A DNA stretch of 64,000 nucleotides from positions 21,948,001-22,012,000 of the forward strand of contig OZ024751.1 of assembly GCA_964016885.1 (NCBI GenBank), in the 5' to 3' direction. Every line of letters starts with the position of its first letter. Within the stretch, counting starts at the first letter, position 1. The translations under genes were made by a program, and so were the position numbers. Below are positions 55,405 through 64,000 of the stretch, piece after piece. The DNA is from Eledone cirrhosa (lineage: Eukaryota). The notes beneath the pieces are model-generated. The model was not told the DNA's origin and ran no database searches. It worked only from the letters and a program-made list of their open reading frames with translations.

Positions 55405-56490
55405 TGTTTCTACTTTAGGCACAAGGCCAGCAAATTACCCAGTGCATTACTGGTACTTTATTTTATCGACCCCGTAAGGATGAAAGGCAAAGTCAACCTC
55501 GGCGGGATTTGAATAATGTTAGTAAGACCAGAAGTGAGTTCAAATCCCGCCGAGGTTAACTTTGCCTTTCATCCTTACGGGGTCGATAAAAATAAAGTAC
55601 CAGTAATGTACTGGGTAATTTGCTGGCCTTGTGCCTAAAGTAGAAACAATTATTATAATATTATAAACCATTAAGGCAGTGGATTGGCTGTATCGGTAGA
55701 GCGTCGGACAACGTGCTTTCCAGCATATAGTTATGTCTCTTTTCGTCGTGAGTTCAAACTCAGCCGAGGTTAGCTTCACTTTTCATCCTTACGGAGGCGA
55801 TAAAATAAAGTACCAGTAACGAAGTAGGGTCTATTTAATCGATTTTCCCCTGCTTTAAATTGTTGGCCTTGTGCCTGAATCAGAAACATTTATTTATCTA
55901 TACTAGGGTGGTAGATTGGTAGTATCGATAGCAAGTTGGAGAAAATGCTTTGCGGTATTTAGTTAGGACTTTCTATGTTCTGGGCTCAAATTCCACCGAG
56001 TTCAACTTTGTCTTTCATCTTTTCGGGGTCAGTAAGTACTGAGGTCGATACAATCGAATTTGCTCTTCCATCAAAATGCTGGTCTTCTGCCAATATTATA
56101 GATAAAAGGGCGGTGGATTGGCAGTATCGGTAGAGGGTCGGACGCCATGCTTTCCAGCGTGTTACGTCCCTTTACGAACTGAGTTCAAATCCCGCCGAGG
56201 TTGACTTTGCCTTTCATCCTTACGGGGTCGATAAAATAAAGTACCAGTAATGCACTGGGTAATTGCTGGCTTTGTGCCTAAAGTAGAAACAAATATTATA
56301 GATAAAATTATTTATAGTTTGTTGAGGGCGTGATTTAACAGAATCATTAGAGCATGAGAGAAAATGTTCTGTGTTAAAACTTTGCCTTTCATCCTTCTGA
56401 GGGTCAGTAAAATATAGTACCAGTTAATTACTAGGGTCAATATGATCGACTTTCTCTCTTCCTTCCACCAAATTCCTGGCCTTGAGTCAA
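55405..56490. mobile_element. SINE cluster of at least 6 copies
   Basis: Inverted pair 55405-55512 (-) and 55536-55648 (+), then + copies at ~55675, ~55906, 56108-56291 and ~56380. Confidence 0.85.
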
Positions 56491-56795
56491 TTTTAGAAAT
56501 AATTATATATTTATACATTTCTTTTTCTTTTTGTTTCCTTTCTCCTTGTTTTCTTTCTTATGCTTGCTGAGAATTTCGCAGTATCCTATTCTGTTAATGT
56601 CCCCAGACAGGAAAATTATATATGTCCAATATCTAACTGTCGACTTAATTTAACTATCTTGAAGCAACAATCGACAGACTAAATAAGAAATAAATTTTCT
56701 CTCTACGCCAATCGGAAATATCAAGTGTTGGACATTATTATACCATAAAAACGTTTTTCACAGTGATATACATATATATACATACATATATATAC

Positions 56796-56865
<70 letters not shown>

Positions 56866-56866
<1 letters not shown>

Positions 56867-57036
56867 ACGAAGGAGGTGTGGAAAGGAACCAGATGGACCA
56901 TAACGCACCAGAGTACTCAATACTTAGGGTAGTAGAGTGGGTAATAGGAAAATGTTTAACCCCGACGGCAGAGCTCAAGCCGTTTCGACAACCGTCGAAA
57001 CGGCTCGAGATCTGCCGTCGGGTTAAACATTTTCCT
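56866..57036 (-). mobile_element. Family B fold-back insert
   Basis: Palindrome centred near 56991 (tttcgac-aacc-gtcgaaa); family tail; (TA)n flanks. Confidence 0.85.
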
Positions 57037-57222
57037 ATATATATATATATATATATAATCTGTACAAACAACGAAGAAGGATAAATCCAAAAGCAGAAAT
57101 AACGAAACGAAACAACAAAACGATAACAATAACAAAACCTGGAATCAATAAATAACGAATCAAAATATAAAATATAATAAAAACTCTGATAAGGAATCCA
57201 GTGTAGTAATTATTTTAATAAT

Positions 57223-57407
57223 TGTTTCTACTTTTGGCACAAGGCCAGCAATTATACAGTGTATTACTGGTACTTTATTTTATCGACCCCGTAAGGATGA
57301 AAGGAAAAGTTAACCTCGGCGGGATTTGAACTCAGAATGGGAAGGGCCGTAACTCAATGCGTCAAAGCATGGCGTCCGACCCTCTACCGATACTACCAAT
57401 CCACCGC
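57223..57407 (-). mobile_element. tRNA-derived SINE, short form
   Basis: Full-length family match; a decayed long form is at 59520-59710. Confidence 0.9.
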
Positions 57408-58077
57408 TATTTTAATAATATTTGATAAATATTTTTGCTTTTAGTTATCAGATGTCACCAGTAAATAGAAGTTTCTACAGAAACAACCTGTTATGATTTA
57501 TTAAGCAAGGAAAAAAAAAAATGAAAGAAAGACAGAAAATACAAAAAAAGTAATAATTTTCTATAAATATGAAGATACATTTATAGTAACACGATTCTGA
57601 TAATCCCGATATCCACAAAAAAAAAAAAAAAAAAGAAATTAGATATTGGATCCAATTTTATTCGACATCTGGATTCGATCTACTGTCAATGTTTAAGAGA
57701 CATTAGACACACACACACACACATACATACATACATACACACACACATACATACATACACACATACATACATACATACATCCATACATACACACACACAC
57801 ACATACATACATACATACATCCATCCATACACACACACACATACATACATACATACATACATACACACCACACATACCACACACACATACACACATACAC
57901 ACACACACACACATACATCCACACACACACACATACATCCATACATACATACACACACACATACATACACACACACACACACATACATACATACATACAT
58001 ACATACATACAATAAACAACACAATATGATTATTCCATTGCCCAAGGTTTCACGAAGTTAGACGATTCTAACATAAA

Positions 58078-58141
58078 CATCTGGTGAACGAAACAGACGT
58101 TTCTGTTAGAGTCGTTTAACTTCGAGAAACCTTGGGTAATG
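58078..58141 (+). ncRNA. Hammerhead motif (A6G) in fold-back insert 58010-58238
   Basis: cat-CTGGTGA-acgaa...ttcga-GAAACC-ttg-GGTA-atg, with an inverted arm at 58010-58078. Confidence 0.6.
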
Positions 58142-59032
58142 GAATAATTACATTGTGTTGTTTATTATATAATTAAATAGCTCTGTACTATACATAGAGC
58201 ACTCTTCTTTCTTTTACCTTTTCTACGGAAATACTTAACACACACACACAGTGACACACACAGACACACACAGACACACACAGACACACACACAGAGACA
58301 GACACACACACACACATATATACTATCAATGTTTAGGAGACATATGCGAATAATTTGATAGAAATTTATTTATTAATTTAGTTTTATTTATATCAAGTGT
58401 TGTCTCCTCCTTTCAATTTTACCACCGCTACTGCAGTGCCCTTTGCTCCTATTGACTCGGCTGTTCTCTTGACACCTCCACCGTTCTAACGACACTCCCG
58501 ATTACCTTCCTCTCTTCGTCTTGTCACCATACTCTGACCGCTATTCTTGTCTCATCCCTCCACGTTTTCTACTGCTACTATAGTGTCCTCTTCTCCTACG
58601 GAGCTGATCTCGGTACAGCTTCATCACTCAGACACTTCCAACACTCTTTCTCTCTTCCTCTTGTCAACCATATTGTGGCTACTCACAAGTCCCCTACTAA
58701 CCAATGCATTCAGTCTTTCTTTCTCGAAATATCATCCCCCATCCCTAAGGAATCCCACAGCTCCCTATCTTTTATTTCATGCAACCACCAACATGCAATA
58801 ATTCAGGATAAACCTTAGCCGCGCCGATTTCACATCTCAAAGAGCTTAACAAAGCAATGCGCTTCTTCTAGATTAGTGGTGTCCAAACCTCTTTTATTCA
58901 CAGCGATCTTTAGAAGAGCTCCATTTTATACTTAAAGAACATTTTATACGTAAAGTTAAAAATGTATTGAAAAGAGGTATTTATATACATATTAGCATAG
59001 ATCAGAGTAGAAATATAGATAATTGGAAATAC

Positions 59033-59063
<31 letters not shown>

Positions 59064-60908
59064 TTGTACTTCCATCTTTAGTCAATAAATAGAATAAAAT
59101 GATCAATAGGTAACATGTGTTTGCTGTTTTTTGGCAATGTTTTCATTCTTAGTTTAGTTCTTTCTCTCCTTGGCAGATATATATGAACATTATTATGAAT
59201 TTCAATTTAGATTTTTTCATATTTTGAAATAGAGACTTGCTGTTTTGCAGTAGTTTCTAGAATGTCTATAACTAAAAAAAAAAAAATTTTTAAATTGTTA
59301 TATTTGGGGAGGGTCATGTTGCCCTAATATTACAAAAAATATATATATATATTTGTACTTCCATGACCTTCCTGTTTTAACTTCCACGACTATCTGTTTT
59401 AACACGCACACGATTTCATATAAAAATACATTAAAAAACAAATACATCGCCGCTAAAGTTTTAATATATAAACAATTCTAATAGAGGTGTGTATAAAGAC
59501 ATATATGATATGTCTATTCTTTCTAATATTGGCACAAGGCCAGCAATTTGGGAGAAGGGAAAAGTCGATTATATATCGACCCTAGTATTTAACTTGTACT
59601 ATATTTTATTAACCCCGGAAGGGTAAAAGGCAAGGTTGATATCGATGGGATTTGAACTTCAGAACATATGGGGCCGTAATAAATGCCACAAAACAATATA
59701 TCAGACGTTCGAAGGATTCTGTGAAACCACCACCACCACCACCACCACCACCGCTCTCGCCCTCCCCTCTTCCTCTTCCAATTTTATAATATTGTTGACA
59801 ACATTAATTCTCATTGAGCCTGGAAGTCTGTTTATAGCGAAAAAAAAAACAAAACAAAAAAGAAACCACACAACAAATATTATATTTCCAACAACCTTCT
59901 GCATGTCAAAGGAATTTTATTCACATATGAGACAATGAATATATATATTACATGGAGATTTTTGTACTTTATATATTTGGCTGTAATTAATATAATTCAT
60001 CAGAAAATGTACCAATAGCACTGGTCTAGTTTACTGTATTAACTTATCAATGTTCGTCTTATTTCGATTCATTGAAAACAAAAACAAATAAGAAATCCCA
60101 AGACCAACCAAATGAAGCCTTTGATAATATGACTTGCAATCGTATTCCGAATAATCATTAATTTGCTCCCTGCTAGCGTATATTTGGAACTTTCATAATT
60201 TTTGCTCGTAAAATCAGGAACGATAACGACCATTTTGTACCAATATATACATGTATAATATATATACATATATGTGTGTGTGTATGTATGTATGTATGTA
60301 TAACATATATATACATAAACACATAGATTTACACACTCGCACATATATATTTATAGATATAAATGTATATACGCCAACACACATTCATAATGATTATACA
60401 TGTATAATGGCGTATGAAGCATATAAACCTGCGATGCTCATATTTATGCTGAAAACCATAAACAACCAAGATATAAGTGGAGTTGGTTTGGTGAAAGAAT
60501 TACCACTAAGTTGCATTGTCTGACACACACAGACACACACTCCATCAAGAATTGTGAGCTGTGGGTAGTCCATAAGAAGCTAGTATCTACCACAACCTAG
60601 ATACACATACAGACACAGATACACACAGACAGACAAACCAAGAATTGTGAGCTGGGAGTAGTGCATAAGTAGCTAGTCTCGATCATCGCCAAGAATCTCA
60701 ACGTCTTCAATGTAGGCTGTCTGTGACATATCCTAACACATTAAATGACCAGAGCAACAAACTATTTCGATGTCTTCCACTCAGTATCAATTCTACACCA
60801 TGTTATACGCCACTCACCATTCTTCACTCACTACTTGTCATTCGTTATTCGCAAGAACTGGGGCAAGACAAGAAATACAGTAACAGCCATGTGTTAAAGA
60901 TGTCATAT

Positions 60909-61080
60909 ATAGGAAAAGAGTCAGGACCCCGACGGCTGAGCTCTGGATCTAGCTGTCGAAAAGGCCGAAGCTCAGCCGTCAGGGTCCTGACTCTTTTTCT
61001 ATTACCCACTCTACTACCCTAAGTATTGAGTACTCTGGTGCGTTATGGTCCACCTGGTATCTTACCACATCCTCTTTGTT
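60909..61080 (+). mobile_element. Family B fold-back insert, diverged
   Basis: aggaaaagagtcaggaccccgacggctgagct / agctcagccgtcagggtcctgactctttttct, plus the family tail. Confidence 0.8.
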
Positions 61081-61322
61081 GATATATAATTATTAAAGCC
61101 ATTTACGAAAACGGAGCCATACCATGAACGTATGTTTTGTTGGCTTGGAGGATCAACTTTTTCAACCTGAGCTGGTGGAAGTGAACCGAAAAAGGTTGGT
61201 TCTCCTAGCCAATGAAACGTACGATCCTGGTATAGCTTCGTTGCAGTAACTGTCCTTAATAATTATATTAAAATTCTTCCTATGGACTCGAAATGCTCTC
61301 TCCCTTGGATATTTCTACCAAG

Positions 61323-61331
61323 TTACTACTG

Positions 61332-61414
<83 letters not shown>
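61323..61414. repeat. (TAC)n microsatellite
   Basis: Direct observation. Confidence 0.97.
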
Positions 61415-61415
<1 letters not shown>

Positions 61416-61641
61416 TATAAATAAGACAATAGACATACTGCATTCATCAATGAAAGTAGTGTTAAAGAATAGCCATTATCGTAGCGACTAGAACAAACTA
61501 ATTAACGCACACACAAACACACACACAAACACACACCTTAGATATATATGTATAATGTGCATGTATCATATCACATGTTATATATTATACATGATTTATG
61601 TATATTTTATATATGTATATAAGTACCACACACACACACAC

Positions 61642-61726
<85 letters not shown>

Positions 61727-62345
61727 TAGATGTTAATATATATATACATATATATTTACATCTATGTCAATAATAGAAACAGAGAAACATTTTTAAAAAC
61801 AAATACGTCAATCCATTGTAACAGTCAGACGTATTTTAAACATAAGTAAAAAGGAAATTTCTGGCAATGCCTTGCTCAAGGATATTTATGGTAGATCATT
61901 GTATTTGGTGGAATTTCACAGATTTACTTCTTCAATGATATCATAATGTGATATTGCTTTCGGCAACACAGCCACACAGTTACACACCTGCATATGTGTA
62001 TGTTTATATAGATCTTCCCACATACACACACATAAATATACACAGCTACGCAGCTACATGTATGTGGTAAATAGTTTTCAGTGCATGTTTATATAAGCTC
62101 CACAGACACAGACATATACTCACGTAAATATACACACATATACTTACTTACATATAGGCATGCACACACATGCACACGCACATACATGTAAACGTTTATA
62201 CACACACGTCTATATATATGTGAGTGCATGTATGTATATATGTGTGTGTGTGTGTGTGTGTTTATATATATATATATATATATATGCACATGCATATATG
62301 CATGCACATATTCTTATGTGCATATCATATATGAGAGTTTCGTAC

Positions 62346-62383
<38 letters not shown>

Positions 62384-62385
<2 letters not shown>

Positions 62386-62568
62386 GTTATTCCGGGTTGA
62401 ATCGGAGGTAACCACAGTAAGTAAGGTACTCAATACATAGCAGAGTATAAAAGTTTTAATATAGATGAGATTCTACAGGACTAGAACTGTTTCATTCTTT
62501 TCATTCCTGATGATTTCTAAAGAATGAAACAGTTCTAGTCCTGTAGAATCTCATCTATATTAAAACTT
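62384..62568. mobile_element. Family A fold-back insert with hammerhead (+, 62503-62549)
   Basis: attc-CTGATGA-tttc(taaa)gaat-GAAACAG-ttctagtc-CTGTA-gaat; (TA)n flanks. Confidence 0.85.
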
Positions 62569-62612
62569 ATATATATATATATATATACATACACACACAC
62601 ACACACATAATC

Positions 62613-62718
<106 letters not shown>

Positions 62719-63284
62719 ACACACACACATGTATGTGTAAGGTGGACTATAGGCATAGATATCATGTCGGTGCAATACCTTCCTTCTTTCTATGCTTTGA
62801 TTTCAAATCCCGCCTGGTTAACGTAACCCTTAATCAATCTGAAATCAATAAATATATACCAAAACACTATTGTGATCAATTCTTCTCATCTGTCTCTTTG
62901 TCATTCTTTGCCTCTTCGGAAGAAACCGGTTGTGAACAGATTGGGAGGTGAATGTTCACAACAGGCTGTGTATCATACTGGTAACCCTTCGGTTCCATTG
63001 AGAATTAAGGGCTCAACGATGGAATATAAATCTACTACTACTACTATTACTACTACTACACGCGCACACACACACACACACACACGTGTGTGTGTGTGAG
63101 CCTGTCCATCTGTGTGTTTGTATGTATGTATTGAAAGAATATCGCATTAGAAACAACGTGGTTTAATCGGACTAAGATATACACACGCACACACATATAC
63201 ACACACATACACGCACGCACGCGCACACACACACACACACCACACATACACACACATATATATATATACGCACACGCACACGCA

Positions 63285-63339
<55 letters not shown>

Positions 63340-63793
63340 TTCGTACAACCTCTTCGTTTATCATTTTCGTTCTTTTCGAAACAAGATTTTCACCATAGAT
63401 GCCAGAATTAATAAAATAATAATGTCTGCCAGTATTTACTGAACAGCCTGGAGGAATCTTAGAAATGAGATTTCTGTGTTGGGAGGATTCCTCATAAACT
63501 TATTCAACCGTCTACTTATCGAGTTTTATTTAGTCAACGGATATTCACTGTTTCTCTTATGTAATAAATTAATAAAAAAAACTGTTTTACTATTACCTGA
63601 ATCGTTATTTCATTTTTCCGGATATTCACTGTTCAACGAGTTGTCGAATTTACAAATAATCAGTTCTGTACATTGGATATATATTCCGATGAAAAAAAAA
63701 AAAAATCTCTAACGTAAAATAAAAAAAAAACGAGAAAATAAAAATAAAATAGGAATAAAAATAACAACTCTACAAATGGCCCCTACTTCGAAT

Positions 63794-63858
<65 letters not shown>

Positions 63859-64000
63859 CACACCTTCCATATATATTCCCTTATATAAAAATATAATACA
63901 AAGTAATGTTTTTCTTACCCAGTATATTTCAACATAATATTTCGGGGTTAACATCCACTTTTCAAATGCAAAAAAAAAAGATGCAAAATAGATGTGAAAC

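Overview
AT-rich, microsatellite-dense eukaryotic DNA. The repeat landscape looks like an octopod cephalopod genome (inference only, no search run). Nearly all ORFs in the supplied track are microsatellite artefacts. Two spliced, convergent paralogous genes can be rebuilt with consistent splice phases. Gene A (+, 569-4009) is represented by its last 4 exons and encodes a laminin-G3/concanavalin-like domain. Gene B (-, 16492-11042) has 6 coding exons and encodes a ~409-aa secreted protein: signal peptide, Thr/Ser-rich stalk, reduced chitin-binding type-2 domain and LamG3 domain (Pif/BMSP-like architecture). Two orphan minus-strand terminal-exon candidates lie at 33448-33560 and 45196-45288. The most striking signal is about 20 short inserts, mostly within (TA)n tracts and many of them fold-back palindromes. 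They carry type-I hammerhead ribozyme motifs from several distinct families, and one is physically joined to a Penelope-like reverse-transcriptase fragment. They include a U3-A8 core variant, a 115-nt stem II, inversion breakpoints that fall in or beside the ribozyme, and a shared GAGYRC motif near the 3' end. Also present: many tRNA-derived SINEs, a hAT MITE holding a 55-bp minisatellite, a small Helitron, RTE-LINE and mariner fragments, and a 200-N gap.
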